From positions 15,624,001 through 15,688,000 of the forward strand of contig OX597838.1 in the NCBI GenBank assembly GCA_951406725.2: a stretch of DNA of 64,000 bases, read 5' to 3'. Source of the stretch: Octopus vulgaris (lineage: Eukaryota). Below the pieces are notes generated by a model. That model was not told where the DNA came from. It saw nothing but the letters and a program-made list of their open reading frames with translations, and searched no databases. The position numbers were made by a program, and so were the translations under genes. Within the stretch, counting starts at the first letter, position 1; every line of letters starts with the position of its first letter. Below are positions 40,565 to 56,240 of this stretch, in pieces.

Positions 40565-41075
40565 CTTTTCCTTGGCCAAGTTTCTCGGTTATAAAAGTGC
40601 TTGCCTTGTTCGTAAAAAGATCCGGGTTGGTGATAAAGGCCTCTTTGAAATTATTGTAGCCGTTTAGAAAGATGAGCATCTTGTTGCCCACGTGCAGGCT
40701 GAAGATGTCACCGTAACGTTTGCGTAACTGAGCCAGCACCTCGGCCAGGTCGGAGCTGGAGAACAGCACAGTGCTACCAACAATCGGTATGCGGGGCGGT
40801 CCCGGAGGCAAACCTTCCAGCCGCTGTTTCCACACGCTTAACAGCAGGCCGAGCGTACCCAGGAAAATAATGAGTGTGGTGAGATCGGGTGGTGTGGGAA
40901 AGGTAGACTGAATCTGTGAATTTTCGACCAGCGGTTCCATGCTGGTCTGTGCGGCGGCTGCGCTGCTGCTGACAATGCTAGCGATAAAGGCGATATTGGG
41001 CGCTGGCGATGATGAGTGGTCAACACCAGCTACCACGCGCTGATGGTTGGCGGGTGACACAGTCGTGTTGTACAT
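40565..41075 (-). CDS. Cytochrome P450, clan 2 (CYP2-like), coding exon 1
   Basis: ORF encodes a hydrophobic anchor (LTTLIIFLGTLGLLLSVW), PPGP hinge, and KRYGDIFSLHVG...KEAF typical of CYP2 N-termini. It ends at GGA AAA G|GTAAAA, a phase-1 donor after 40565. An alternative start is the second Met (MEPLV). Confidence 0.93.
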
Positions 41076-41137
41076 ATATAGGGCCGTACTGGAAAAAGCT
41101 CCAACAATATAACGAACCTGCTGAGGTTACGTTCGCC

Positions 41138-41143
41138 TTTATA
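41138..41143 (-). promoter_or_regulatory. Candidate TATA box upstream of the CYP start codon
   Basis: Minus strand reads GATATAAAGG about 65 nt upstream of the first ATG, in a locally GC/CpG-richer segment. Motif only. Confidence 0.3.
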
Positions 41144-41527
41144 TCGTTTCCACCGGACGTGTAGGCAGGCAGGAGTGTGCTTTTGCAGAGTTCAGAGAGA
41201 AAGAAAGGCGGAGAAGGAAAAAAAAGTTACAGAGTTCGTTTTCAGCGAATGTATAAAACAGTTAATAAAGTATAATTTGGTTTTCACCTACTAAGAGTAT
41301 GCACATACGTTGTACATAAATGTATAGTTTGCTTTCGCAGATGGAACTTATGTATACAGTTTGTATACACCGACGGAACGTATGAATATCATAGTTTTCT
41401 TCGAACGTGTGTAAATTGTAAGTTTTGCACCGAACGTTTGTATATAGCTATTTTTTTATGTTTGCCGTCAGTGTGTATGCATATATGTTCGTATATAAAT
41501 AAAACGGTTTGTTTTTCAGAGAATATG

Positions 41528-41559
<32 letters not shown>

Positions 41560-41910
41560 AACTGTTTGTCTTCACTGTATATTATAATATAATTTACTAT
41601 ACTGTAATATACTATGCGTGATAAGTGCTTGTCTTTCGGCTGTGTAAGCGAATGTCTTGTCTTGTTTTCTTGTTGATTCTATCCTCTTAAAAACTGTTGA
41701 TAAGTTTTTAATTATTGCAGGACGGAGTGGAAGAGATGTACGAGTAGCGAAGTGATTAGGGTAAGATTGGAATTGTGGAGTGAACAAGTTAGAGAAGAAT
41801 TCTTGTTTATAAAGCACAACCTGAGGTGCGGGGAGAGATAAGAAACAGAGATAGATAGATAGATATAGAGAGCGGATAGCGGTGGGGGGTGAGGAGAGGG
41901 TAATAGAGTA

Positions 41911-41945
<35 letters not shown>

Positions 41946-42119
41946 TGAGATAAAAGTAACAGGGAGGGAGGGAGAGCGAGAGGTAGGGAGGAGAGGGACG
42001 AGAGTTAAATGAGGAAAAGGAGGTGGTGATGGTAGAGGGGGAGAAGGCTGGCTCTCACTCCGGAGGTTGACCGGTGTATTTTACCTGTACAGTTAAGAGG
42101 ACAGAGTCTAATACAGCAT

Positions 42120-42216
42120 ACACACACACACACACACATACACAAATAGTACATACTCCAACATGTATACCACGCATTACGTCCATACACATTCACGCAG
42201 CAGCAATATACGGCGG

Positions 42217-42277
<61 letters not shown>

Positions 42278-42479
42278 GCATATATACACATAGCAGTTCA
42301 TACATAATACACATACATAAAGTTGGACACATAACAGCATGTGCACACACACACACACACGCATGAATGTACATATAGTAGCACGTACGGCAATGTTTAC
42401 ACTCGTTCACACAGCGGTACATATATTCACACTTATTGACAGCACCACGCGCACATACAGCAACGCATCCACACACACA

Positions 42480-42518
<39 letters not shown>

Positions 42519-43162
42519 ACACACACACACACACGCACTCACATACACAGACACATCCGCATACACACAAGTATACATACAGTGCACACATACACGCACA
42601 ACTCTCACACCCCCTATTCAATTATACGCATACTATAGTAAATTGTACACCCACATAAATAATTAGACGCACTCACACACACACACTCACACATAAACAC
42701 ACACACACACACACACTCACTCACACATAAACACACACACACACACACTCACTCACACATAAACACACACACACACACACACTCACTCACACATAAACAC
42801 ACACACACACAATCAGCTCTTCATGTACAAATAGTACACACATACATAGTTATTTTACACAAAAATCACATACAGCGATGCATACATACATACATACATA
42901 CGTACGCACAGCGATACATAGATGCATACATACACACATACAGCGATACATATACACACACACATACATCCACATGTACATACCTAGATACATACATACA
43001 CACAGGCATAACAGCGATACATACATGCATGCACATACATACATAGATACATGCATACATATGTACATACATACAAACATACGTATACACATACCTACGC
43101 ACACAATAAATACAAACACATACATATATGTGTAGCTACACGCACACACACGCACAAGCACA

Positions 43163-43215
<53 letters not shown>
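42120..43215. repeat. (CA)n-rich compound microsatellite block
   Basis: Read directly. Includes an approximately 30-bp higher-order unit (CACTCACACATAAACACAC...) repeated 4 times at 42670-42810. Confidence 0.9.
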
Positions 43216-43219
<4 letters not shown>

Positions 43220-43724
43220 TTATCGCTGATTTTCCACGCTTTCTACTCGAACAATTAGTCAAACTTAAAATGTGATGGTTGTTGTTTAGCCCCCGGCCAG
43301 CCCTGAACGCGCAGATCCGTCATAAATATATTCCAGTAATTTTTTTCCCCCTATGTACTGAGGATCCAGGCCCATATTTTCCAATGTGGCCCTCCCCCCT
43401 CATTTTTATGTTATAGATGGCTGCAGAATGCATTTGAAGGGAGATTTGGCTGTTATTTTTAGCTAGTCAAGTGACCACGTAGAAGCTTAGTGTTTGGTTT
43501 CATGTTGCAAATGGTAGAGATGGTGGTGGTGGTGGTGGTGGTGAGCGTAATGTGCTGTTGTTGCGGTGGTGATGGTGGTGGAGGGCGATTTTGTTGATGT
43601 TGTTGGCGGCGGTGGTGGTTGTTGATTGCGGTTAGGGTGATGGTGGTTGTGGTGGGAGCGGTGATGCTTACGGAGATGTTTGCAATGGTTTGTGGTGACG
43701 CTGGCGGCGGCGACAGTGGTGGTG

Positions 43725-43778
<54 letters not shown>

Positions 43779-44222
43779 ATAGTGGTGGTTGTGGTGATGG
43801 TGGCGGTGGTCGTATAGGTGGTAGTACTGGTATTGGTCCTGATTGTGGTGATGGGTAGAGTTAGTGGTGGTGGTGGTGGTGGTGATGGTGATGGTGGTGG
43901 TGGTGATGATGGTGGTGGTAGCTGTGATACTGGTGAAGGAAGTGTTGATGATGATGGGAAGTGGTTGCAGTGGTGGTTGTGGTGGGTCCGTGGCATTGTT
44001 ATTTAACCCCAGGTCAGCCTCGATCGAGCAGACCTTTGATCACAGAAACAATGTTTGAAGATGTGGCCATCCCACCTTGTATATCAAACACTGAATTGGG
44101 AAACGTATTTTCCCTCGTTTTTCTAAGAAAGGGTGTGATTTGGGGGAATTTGGCGTCTATTTCTAGCAGGCTACATGACCACTTAGAGGTGTTTCCTCTG
44201 TTGTCAAGTAGCAGCGATACTT

Positions 44223-44270
<48 letters not shown>

Positions 44271-44951
44271 TATGTGATGTATTTTAGCCCTAGTTCAGTG
44301 TCCTGATCAAATAAAACTAACTTTGCGCCCATTCTGTGGCATCGTCTTACAGAATTTTTAGTCGCACAAATCGATCCCATACTTTTTATTTTTATTATTA
44401 TTATTACTATTATTATTATTTAACCCTGGCACTTACTCCATCAGTCTATCTTTTGCCGAACCGCTAAGTTTCGGATACGTAAACACAACCACGCTGGTTA
44501 TAAAGCGATGGTGGAGGATAAGCACAGACACGTGCGTGCGGCGTACACACACCGCACACACACACACACCGCATACACACATACACACAGAACGGGCTTC
44601 TTTCAGTTTCTGTCTACCAGATCCATTCACAAGGCTTTGGTCGACCCGAGGCTATAGCAGGAGACACTTGCCCAAGGTGTCACGCAGTGGGACTGAACCA
44701 TGTGGCTAGGAGGCAAGCTTCTTACCACACAGCCATGCCTACGCCCATGATCATAGATTGTAGGGTTCGTAGGGTCACGGCATTCCAAGAACCACATTAT
44801 CTAATGTTCCTTCGGTTCCATTTCTTTTTCGGCAGAAGGTATGATTTGGGGGAGACATAGCTGCTCTTTCTAGTTGTCCAAACAACCACATAATGACTCC
44901 TTTTGTTGTGGCCGCCGTTGTTGTTGTTGGTTGTAAAGGGGAAACATTGTA

Positions 44952-45000
44952 CTTAGTAGTAGTAGTAGTAGTAGTAGTAGTTAGTAGTAGTAGTAGTAGT

Positions 45001-45043
<43 letters not shown>

Positions 45044-45050
45044 GGTGGTG

Positions 45051-45086
<36 letters not shown>

Positions 45087-45087
45087 A
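44952..45087. repeat. (TAG)n/(TGG)n trinucleotide microsatellite
   Basis: Read directly. Similar tracts at 43520-43985, 44223-44270 and 52881-52927. Confidence 0.95.
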
Positions 45088-45362
45088 CGTTATCTTTATA
45101 TTTCGTTTTTAAGCTTTCTTTTTATTTTTTATTTTTATTTATTTATTTATTCCATATCCTCCACCGCTGCCTCCCCACCTCCCGTCCCTCGACCACCTCC
45201 TTACGTCGTTCGAACTTGAAAACCTCGCCTCAAAACAAACATTCGAATAAACAATGTAAAATGACAACCTCTCCCCTCTTAAAAAATAAAATAAAATAAA
45301 ATAAAATAAAATAAAAAATAACACCGAAATTCCTTTTAGAGCAGAGTAATTCTTCTCCCTTT

Positions 45363-45402
<40 letters not shown>

Positions 45403-45557
45403 GGACTCTTTCCTTCCCTCGCTTTTTCTTCTCTCTCTTTAAATAGTTCAGTCATGTTCCATATATGTGCGTTTGTGTGTGTGTATATATACATGTATAT
45501 ATGTGTCTGATACACACACACACACACACACACACGCACATATATATATGCACACAC

Positions 45558-45588
<31 letters not shown>

Positions 45589-47632
45589 CACGCACTCACG
45601 CACACGCACACACACACGCGCGCGCGCGTATGTCCCTTCTAATCTTTCTTTTTCTCGTCTACTTCTCCTCTTCCTCCTATCGTTTTCCTCTTTCACTTCT
45701 TGTTGCTTCCGTGTTTATTTTAAAAATACCACCACCTCCTCTTACACCTCCCCACCACCGCCACAGCCACTGCTGCCGTCACCACCACCACCACCACTAC
45801 CATGACCGCTATCGCCGTCGTCTTCAGATGCCATAAAAAGAATATAAATCGTCGAAGGTTGCCCCCTACCTTCCACACTACCTCCCTAACCATGCGCTGC
45901 CCCTTCGCACTGAATCTACACCACAACACACACTGCCGTATACTACTACAATTCTATAACTACATAACAACTCATCACGCACTTGCTCTATACTACAACA
46001 TACACTACATCACTGCAACGCACACAACACCCCTCCACAACATTCTACACTACACCGTTACATACACTACTTCACAACACCACTACATACACAACACATT
46101 GCACCACTCTGCATCAAAACAGACAATTCACTGCATTTATTCCTACACAACACAACCACTACAACACACACTGCTTTATACAACAGTATATATACTACAA
46201 TACATTCTGCACCGAACTTCAAAACATGCTACACTATACATACACAGCTGTGTGGTTAAGGAATTCACTACGTAACTACGTGGTATTGGGTTCGAACCTA
46301 CTGTGTGGTACCTTGAGTAGGTATCTTTTGCTACGGTCCTTAGGTGGGCCAATGTCTTTTAAATAAAATTGGGTAAGTAGAAACCTCGTGGAATCCCGTC
46401 GGTTTCTCTTCTTAGGAGAGGGATTTAATCTGGTATTCCGTTTAACATCATTACGTGACATTTGAGTATCTTTGGGTACCTTTGGATACATTTTGTTGAG
46501 TTCACTTTATTGTAAGGATCCAGGTTAGTAGTCTGCTTTAAGGATACCTCTCTCTCTCTCTCTCTTCTTACTCTTGCCCTATTCCACTAGTTATGGACAC
46601 CCCGAATAAGGATGTGGGTACTCCACTTCCCCCTCGAATTAAACCATTAAAATAAGTACTGCATTTCAGTGCATATTACATTCTAAACCAGAAGTTCACA
46701 GCCGGGGTCCATATAAGATTTTGTTGTTAAAAATTATGTGCACTAAAATAGGTTATACTTCTACGATACCCAAAATATTAAATTTTTTTTTAATACCATT
46801 CCTAATAATATTTGGTTTCTTATTTTTTCACGAGGCCAGCAATTTGGAGGAGAGGGAAGTCGAATACGTCGATTCCAGTGCTCGACTGGTACTTATTTCA
46901 TGGAACCCCGCCCCACAAAAATGGAAGGCACAGTCGACATCGGTGGAATTTGAACTCATAACGTAAAACAGATGAAATGCTGACTAAGCATTTTACCCCG
47001 CAGCGCTATCGACTCGCCCAGCTTACAATTCCTAATAATATTTTATTATAAATTTCGTCCGTCCTTGCGTTCTGAGTTTAAATTCTCCCAACGTCAATCG
47101 ACTTTGCTTTCATCCTTTTGGGGTCGATGAAATAAGTACCAGTTCAGCACTGGAGTCGATGTAATCGACTTAATCCCTACTCTGAAACTGCTGGCATTGT
47201 GCTAAAATTTGAAACTACCATTTAATTATGAATTCTAAGGCAGCAAACTGGCAGAATCGTTAGCATGCCTGGGAAAATGCTTAGCGGTATGTCATCCGAC
47301 TTCATGTTCCGAGTTCAAAATTCCGCCGAAGTCGACTTTGCTTTTCATCCTTTCGGAGTCAATAAAATAAGAATCAGTTGAGCACTGGAACCGAAGTAAT
47401 CGTCATACTTGCCGATCTCTTTTAAAGACAAGAGACAAAGGGTTCCATCGCACATTAGGAGACATGCTACTACATTTTATTCAGCAAGTCCGAGAAAATC
47501 TGGTGTGGACAAATTCCTAGATACTAGCGTGAAAATATGGTATGGCAGTCACAAGAAGCACAATGTGTGTGTGTGTGTGTGTGTGGGGGAGAATCACTTG
47601 CTTAATAAACTTATATTTAGTCGCCTCCGTGA

Positions 47633-47965
47633 AGGCGCATGGTTCAGTGGTTAGATCGTCGGGTTCACAATCATGAGGTAGTGAGTTCGATTCCGAGACC
47701 GGGCTGTGTTGTGTTCTTGAGCAAGACACTTTATTTCACGTTGCTCCAGTTCACTCAACTGTAAAATTGAATTGCGACGTCCCTGGTGCCAAGCTGTATC
47801 AACATTTGCCTCCCCTTGGATAACAGAATTGGCACGGAGAGTGGGGAGGCTGGTATGCATGGACAACTGCTGGTCTTCCATAAACAACCTTCCCTGGACT
47901 TGTGCCTCGGAGGGGAAATTTCTAGGTGCAATCCCATGGTCATTCATGACCGAAGTTGTCTTCCC
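47633..47965 (+). mobile_element. tRNA-derived SINE family C
   Basis: GGCGCATGGTTCAGTGGTTAG A-box, GAGTTCGATTCC B-box, TGTGTTCTTGAGCAAGACACTT core. Copies at 23888-24200 (+) and 2300-2625 (-). Confidence 0.85.
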
Positions 47966-48197
47966 TAGTCACCTCCGTGAACATATTGCCTGTAAATAAA
48001 TTACAGAATCTCCCGGAATTGACAGTGAGGATTCAATAAACATTACGGTTGGTCCTTTTTATCAATCATCAGTGTGGATTATCTCAATCATGAATGTGGA
48101 TTATCTCAATTTTCAACTCTCGAAATGACGCAAGCTAGTTATAAAATGTTACGATAGTAAAATCATTTACCTCATTGTGTAAAATTATATATATATA

Positions 48198-48598
48198 GGC
48201 GCAGGAGTGGCTGTGTGGTAAGTAGCTTGTTTACCAACCACATGGTTCCGGGTTCAGTCCCACTGCGTGGCACCTTGGGCAAGTGTCTTCTACTATAGCC
48301 TCGGGCCGACCAAAGCCTTGTGAGTGGATTTGGTAGACGGAAACTGAAAGAAGCCCGTCGTATATATGTATATATATATATGTGTGTGTGTTTGTGTGTC
48401 TGTGTTTGTCCCCCTAGCATTGCTTGACAACCGATGCTGGTGTGTTTACGTCCCCGTTACTTAGCGGTTCGGCAAAAGAGAATAAGTACTGGGCTTACAA
48501 AAGAATAAGTCCCGGGGTCGAGTTGCTCGATTAAAGGCGGTGCTCCAGCATGGCCGCAGTCAAATGACTGAAACAATTAAAAGATAAAAGATAAAAGA
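48198..48598 (+). mobile_element. tRNA-derived SINE family A, near full-length young copy
   Basis: A-box TGGCTGTGTGG, B-box GGTTCAGTCCC, internal (TA)/(TG) microsatellite, (AAAAGAT)n-like tail. More than 15 related copies in the window. Confidence 0.9.
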
Positions 48599-48691
48599 TA
48601 TGTTTACATGTTCCATTAACGTATGTATATGTATGTATGTATGTATGTATGTGGTGTGTCGGGTGTGGGGGTGAATATGCATCTATATATA

Positions 48692-49130
48692 TATTGGGTT
48701 GGCCAAAAAGTCTGTTCTGGTTTTGTCGACTCTAAACTTCAAGCACTTTAATAAGTAGCAAACGTCGGTCTACTCCTTGCACATCTACACTCGCTAGATA
48801 CTTAACATTTCAACACAATTCAACACAAACTTTCAACGAAACAGGTTGCACTTTGCATGCTTGGGAGAATCAAAACGAACATTATCAATTCCTTGCACAT
48901 TTTTTTTCAATTTTAAAAATGGCAAGGAAGCGGCGAAAACCTGTAGAAAGATATGCGCTGTGTTTAGAGAGAATACTGTTATGGAACGTGTGTGTCAGAG
49001 GTGGTTTTCAAGATTTCAATAGGGAAATTTTTCAGTTGAAGATGTACCTTGCTCTGGTCGGTCAAAAGATTAACAGCGACAAAATGAAGAAGCTAGTCGA
49101 CACCAACCTTCGTTAGACGACCAGGATAAA
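48692..49130 (+). mobile_element. Mariner 5' fragment (TIR plus transposase HTH region)
   Basis: TATTGGGTTGGCCAAAAAGT TIR-like start. Frameshifted ENQNEH...FKNGKEAAKTCRKICAVFRENTVMERVCQRWFSRF..GNFSVEDVPCSGR matches a mariner N-terminus. Confidence 0.8.
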
Positions 49131-49417
49131 TGCAGATGACATTTTTCTGGTTGAAATACACCGAAAAATGGCGACACAGCAGTAAAAAAATCGTAAAAAA
49201 TAGGATTTTCATAGAAAAAAAGCACCTTTTTGATGTAAATAATTTTTGGTGTTAACATGATCCGATTTGAATTTTTTCTTTTACGGAAGGAAGAGCAAGC
49301 CTTCTTCTATCATACTCTCAATTTTGGTCAACTTGCACCGTAGGGTCTCGGAAGAGATAGAGTTAGTTGAAGGCTACCAAACCTGCCATACACAGACAAC
49401 TTCAGCTTTATATATAT

Positions 49418-49796
49418 ACTAGCAGTATCGCCCGGCGTTGCTCAGGTTTGTAAGGGAAATAACTATAAAGCATTTTTAGAGAGTTATAGCCAAAAAATAG
49501 CAAAAAAATGGAAAAAAATTATGGTAAATTTTTTTTTGAGATTTAAAAAAGGTGGAGTTGCGTCCCCTAGTCAGTTTGTGGTTTGTGTTTGTGATTCTCG
49601 ACCCCATGTCGAATTTATCGATTTTTTTCAGAACTGGGGGAACTTTTCAAAATTTTCACTGCGTTAGTTTTGAATTATGACATTGGGCTATGTGTGTGTC
49701 AAGTTTCATCAGAATCGGTTGAAAGCCGTGGTCAGGGTGAGGGTACGAGAAAACAGACACACAGAAACACGCACAGACAAACTGCCGTTTATATAT

Positions 49797-49800
<4 letters not shown>
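49418..49800 (+). mobile_element. Helentron/DINE-like non-autonomous element
   Basis: Starts ACTAGCAGTATCGCCCGGCGTTGCTC after (TA)n and ends CAGACAAACTGCCGTTTATATATAGA. A similar architecture (GACCCGGCGTTGCTC...) occurs at 56648-57185. Confidence 0.5.
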
Positions 49801-49827
<27 letters not shown>

Positions 49828-50580
49828 CGACGAGCTTCTTTTAGTTTCCGTCTACCATATCCACTCATAAGGCTTTGGTCGGCCCGAGGCTATAGTAGAA
49901 GACACTTGCTAAAGGTGTTACACAGCGGGATTGAACCTGGAACCATGTGGTTGGGAAGCAAGCTTTTTACCACACAGCCACGCCACTTAAAAATATTCAA
50001 CCTTCAAAACTAAATAATTACTTCAAATTTTTGCCACGTGGAAAGCTTGGAGGAGATGGAGATGAGTCGATTACATCAACTCCAGTGTTCGACTGGTACT
50101 AATTTTATCGACTCTGAAAGGATGAAAGGCAAAGTCGACCTTGGCGGAATTTGAATTCAGAACGTAGAGACGAGCGAAATACCGCTGAGCATTTCATCCA
50201 GCGCGCTAACGATTCTGCAAGCTCGCCGCCTTTCAGAACTAAATAATAATTATTATATCTAGATGGCGCTATAATAATATCAATAATAGGAATAACTACT
50301 TCGCATATTTTTGCGATATTTCTTCGTGTTTATGTTTATGTTTTCTGCAATAGAAACAATTAAAATTTCAGTGATACACATAACTTTTGTCGGCACTTCT
50401 TTCAGTCTTTAGGCTGCGACCAGTTCGAAGGCTTTCGGCTGAACAAATCGATCCTAGTACTTTTGCATTTATTTTCTTTACGTAAGTCTGATAATTATTC
50501 AACCGGCGTTTTGTGCTTAACCGCTAATTTGCATTTACATATACTACCCAGACACACAGACATAGACAAACGCGCACGCA

Positions 50581-50612
<32 letters not shown>

Positions 50613-50788
50613 TTATTTGATGGGCTTCTGTACAGTTTCTGTCAGCCAAATTCCCTCAGACGGCATTGGCCGGTCCAGGGCTGTTGTAGAAGACACTTGA
50701 CCAGTGGGACTGAACCCGGAACAACGTGGCTGCAAAGCGAGCTTCCTGACCATACTTTAATGTCTGAGCCTCTCTGTCTGTCTATCTG

Positions 50789-50887
<99 letters not shown>

Positions 50888-51127
50888 ATGTATGTATGTA
50901 TGTACACACACACACACACACACAAATATATATATATATATATATAAATGAAAGAATGGAGTCGAACGACGATTTAACAAAATTCCTTTATTCTCGACAC
51001 ATGATTTCACGTGATTTCTGCTCTTGGCATGTAGCTTCAACCGTGCTTTCTGACGTAAATTTGCTACCCGGGTATCGGTTAACCGAATTATCCATACTAG
51101 GATAATTCATTCAACTACTTAAACATT

Positions 51128-51190
<63 letters not shown>

Positions 51191-51586
51191 TAAGAGTCAG
51201 TTGAATTAGGAACTTAAATTGAAGCACATTGTTAAGTCAGTGTAACATGCACACCCAACAATATTAAGTGAATATCAGACTTGGTGCATAAGTGCCGGCC
51301 ACATGATACTCTTGCATTGTATGCAGATAATAAGACTCAGCTGAGTGAAGAAATCCGCTCTTAGCTATTCAGACATGTACTTTATATTAAAAATACTATC
51401 TATAATATTTACGAAGCGCAGATTCCAGGATAGGTGCATAAAATATATGTGAGTAACAAGGACTCAAAGAGCCGTTGGAAACAGCCGTAATGGATTGACA
51501 CCTGTACCTCTTTGTTACTCACTTATACATACACACACACACACACATACATATACACACACACACACACATATATATGTATAGAG

Positions 51587-51623
<37 letters not shown>

Positions 51624-51888
51624 CATACATACATACATACATACATACGTACGTACAACAGGCTTCTTTTGGTTTCCATCTATCAAGTCCACTCATAGGA
51701 CTTTGGTCGACCTGGTATTATACTAGAAGAAACTTGTGCAGTGGGAACTGAACCCGGGACCATGGAGTTGAGAAGCAAACATCTTACCACACAGCCACGC
51801 CTGCACAGAAAATTACACCACAAGTGCGTGTGTGTGTATCCGTATACACGTGCATACATGTACGTATATGCATATATACTCTGTGTGT

Positions 51889-51938
<50 letters not shown>

Positions 51939-52065
51939 GTCTCCGTAACTTAGAGGTTTGGCAAAACAGACCGATAGAATAAAGTAGCAGGCTTTAAACG
52001 TAGAAAAAGTATTGGGTCAATTCATTCGATTGAAAATTCTTCAAGGCAGTGCCCCATATACGTGA

Positions 52066-52122
<57 letters not shown>

Positions 52123-52287
52123 CATTATATATAAAGAGAGAGAGAGAGAGAGAAAGAAAGAAAGAAAGAAAAAAAGAAAGAAAGAGGTGCTCCAGTACGA
52201 CCAGAACCTACAGGATAGAGTAAAAGAGTTTGAAATACGTGTTTGTGTGTGTGTGTGTATTTACGTACACAGACACACAGACACACA

Positions 52288-52323
<36 letters not shown>

Positions 52324-52879
52324 GCACACATACACACATATCGATATGGTAATCATTTACTCGTACATAAACGCAAATAACATTTGCAGATGTATGTGTA
52401 AGTATAATATATCTGTGTGTATGTATGTATGTATGTATTTATGTCAGTCAACAAGTGCACGCATATACACGAGTTCCCGTGGACCCATTAGACAAACACA
52501 CTAACTCACACACACACACACATGCACACATACACGCACACACACAGTTGCAGATGCGCATGCACATACACACACACACATGTACATACACATACTCACA
52601 TATTCTGTCCATACAGAAAGTAATTAGTACACATTAGCCATAAATGCAGGTCAATACACATACATACGTACGCACTCACACACATACAGAAAACATACAC
52701 ACACAACGTACACACACGTATATTCAAACATATACACACATACACGTATCATCTATTTCTTTCTCAATTACATACAAGCGCGCGCCCATCCGCCGCATCC
52801 AGCGGTCTTTCGTGCCGTCAGCCGCACTCCCCCACCACACTTCCCTTCACACAAGCACACAACCAAGCCAACTGACACT

Positions 52880-52927
<48 letters not shown>

Positions 52928-53056
52928 GTCTGTGAAACATACACCCAATGCCCCCCAGAGTCAAGGCTCCACGCCCCATTTTTATGGATTATATTATTTT
53001 CTACGCCGTATTTCAATACTGTTATATATATATATATATATATATATCTATGTTCA

Positions 53057-53088
<32 letters not shown>

Positions 53089-53741
53089 CATACACACACA
53101 CACACACACACATATATTTATATATATATATATATTCATGCATACGTGCATACATATATATATACACATATATATATACACACACAAATGTATATATATG
53201 TAATAAATCATATATGCATACATAGACTGTAACAGTTATATAAAATACACACATGTGTACGCATCCATATATATATATGTATTAAATATAAATATAGATA
53301 TGTATTTATACATTCATATATATATATATGTATGTATGTATATATGTGTGTGTGTGTATGAGTGTGTGTGTGTGTGTGTGTAAGTATATATACATACTAG
53401 TATATATATAGTTACACATATATACATAGATATACACTCACACAGAAAAAGTGTGCGCGTGTGTGTGTGTATTCGTACAGTTTAACCTTGTTTATATGTG
53501 TGCGGCGTGTATGTGTTTGCGGTTGATATGTCACTTGGTATGTAATTGTATACCTGTGTATAAACAGCGCATATCTCAGTGTTTAAACATACATGAGCGT
53601 TTTGTAACTCTGTGTGTGTGTGTATGTGTGTGTGTGTGCGTGCGCGCGCGTGTGTATAGCGTGTATATACGAGTATGTTTGTGTATGGTTTATCATTACA
53701 CCTTATTTTTTTACTTATTATGACATGCTATAAATTTCTGT

Positions 53742-53773
<32 letters not shown>

Positions 53774-53805
53774 TCTCTGTCTCTCTGTCTCAGTTTCTCT
53801 CATTT

Positions 53806-53870
<65 letters not shown>

Positions 53871-54136
53871 CTGCTTCACACACACATACACACACAATCA
53901 CATACATTTACTAGTTTCAATCATTTGACTACTGCCATACAGTGGCAGTGCAATTGGAAGGTTTGGTCCACCAAATCGGTCCCACTTCTTATTTTTAAGT
54001 TTGGTTCTTGTATCGGTCTTTCTTCTGTCTGTTTTTATTTTTATATCCATTAACCAACACCGGCTATCAAACTGCGAGAGGCAAACACATATGCGCGCAC
54101 AGATACACACAACACACTCATGCTTTCTCAACAACA

Positions 54137-54218
54137 ATATGTGACAATTATTCGTTAGCCATGATAAAACTCCGAGTTTTCGGAGTTTTATCATGGCTAC
54201 TGAATAATTGTCACATAT
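54137..54218. repeat. Near-perfect 82-bp palindrome
   Basis: ATATGTGACAATTATTCGTTAGCCATGATAAAACTCCGA-gttt-TCGGAGTTTTATCATGGCTACTGAATAATTGTCACATAT, with 2 mismatched positions. Confidence 0.93.
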
Positions 54219-54467
54219 ATTTACAGATACATTCCTTTATTTACATAATATCGAGGTTTCTTTCATTCTTTTGTTGTCTTACCATTTCTATCAATATATA
54301 TATATATATATATGTGTGTGTATGTATGCTTTCTACACGCTTTCTAATTAACTTATAAGGCATTGGCCGGCTCAAGCCTATAGTACAGGAGTTGTCAACC
54401 ATTTTTTACTTATGGACCCTTCTGATTAGTATTGTATTCTTGTAGAACCCATTCGATGTTTTATAGA

Positions 54468-55455
<988 letters not shown>

Positions 55456-56187
55456 CTTCTTTCAAAAGTTCCATTTTGTTTTACACCCATTCACTTGTGT
55501 AGATTTGCAATAGAACTCCCTGAGAGAACATGTTTCAGCGCCCAGATGTATGTCGAACAGTGTGAAACGTTAGAGAAACAAACTTAGCCGTTTCTTGTAA
55601 TAAATACATCTGGAACAAATTTTTTTCATGAAACTTTAAAATACTTCCATGGAACCCCAATTTACTATTTTGCTTGTGTGGACTTCCCAAAATTTTATAT
55701 GAACCACAAAGAGTCATAAGGAATTTAGTTTAGGACCACTGCTATAGTAGAAGAAATTGCCTCAGATTCAGTGTAGTTGGCCTGAAACCCACACGTACGC
55801 GATTACGAAGCGAAATTCTTAACCAGCACACCGCCTTGCAGTCTCGTGTTAATTCATGTTGTGGTTGCGAGTGGGTGTGTATGTATTAGTGATAGGAATA
55901 TGATATGTATTTCGTAAATGTAACGAGAATGTTTCTTCTTGCAAGTATTCAGCCAAAGTCTCAATGAAACAGAAATTATTGAAATCTCAGAATGAGAAAT
56001 TAAATTTTGCGTTCTAATATATTTTCTACGTGTCATTTCCTTTTTAGACCATCAGATGTTGTTACACATCGCTGGTCACAATGCGTTCGCATTGTTTTAG
56101 CCTTCAAATGACGCCATCCCTCTGGCTAAGCGAGCAGGCCAACAGAAGAAAGAGTGGGAGAAAGTTGAGGTGAAAGAGTACAGCAGG

Positions 56188-56240
<53 letters not shown>

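Noticed and set aside
43487-43996. Mucin-like Thr/Pro/His-rich ORF
   Set aside because: It is a (TAG)/(TGG) trinucleotide microsatellite mosaic without exon signals.
48198-48270. tRNA genes
   Set aside because: A/B boxes are SINE heads continuous with SINE bodies and do not form complete cloverleaves.
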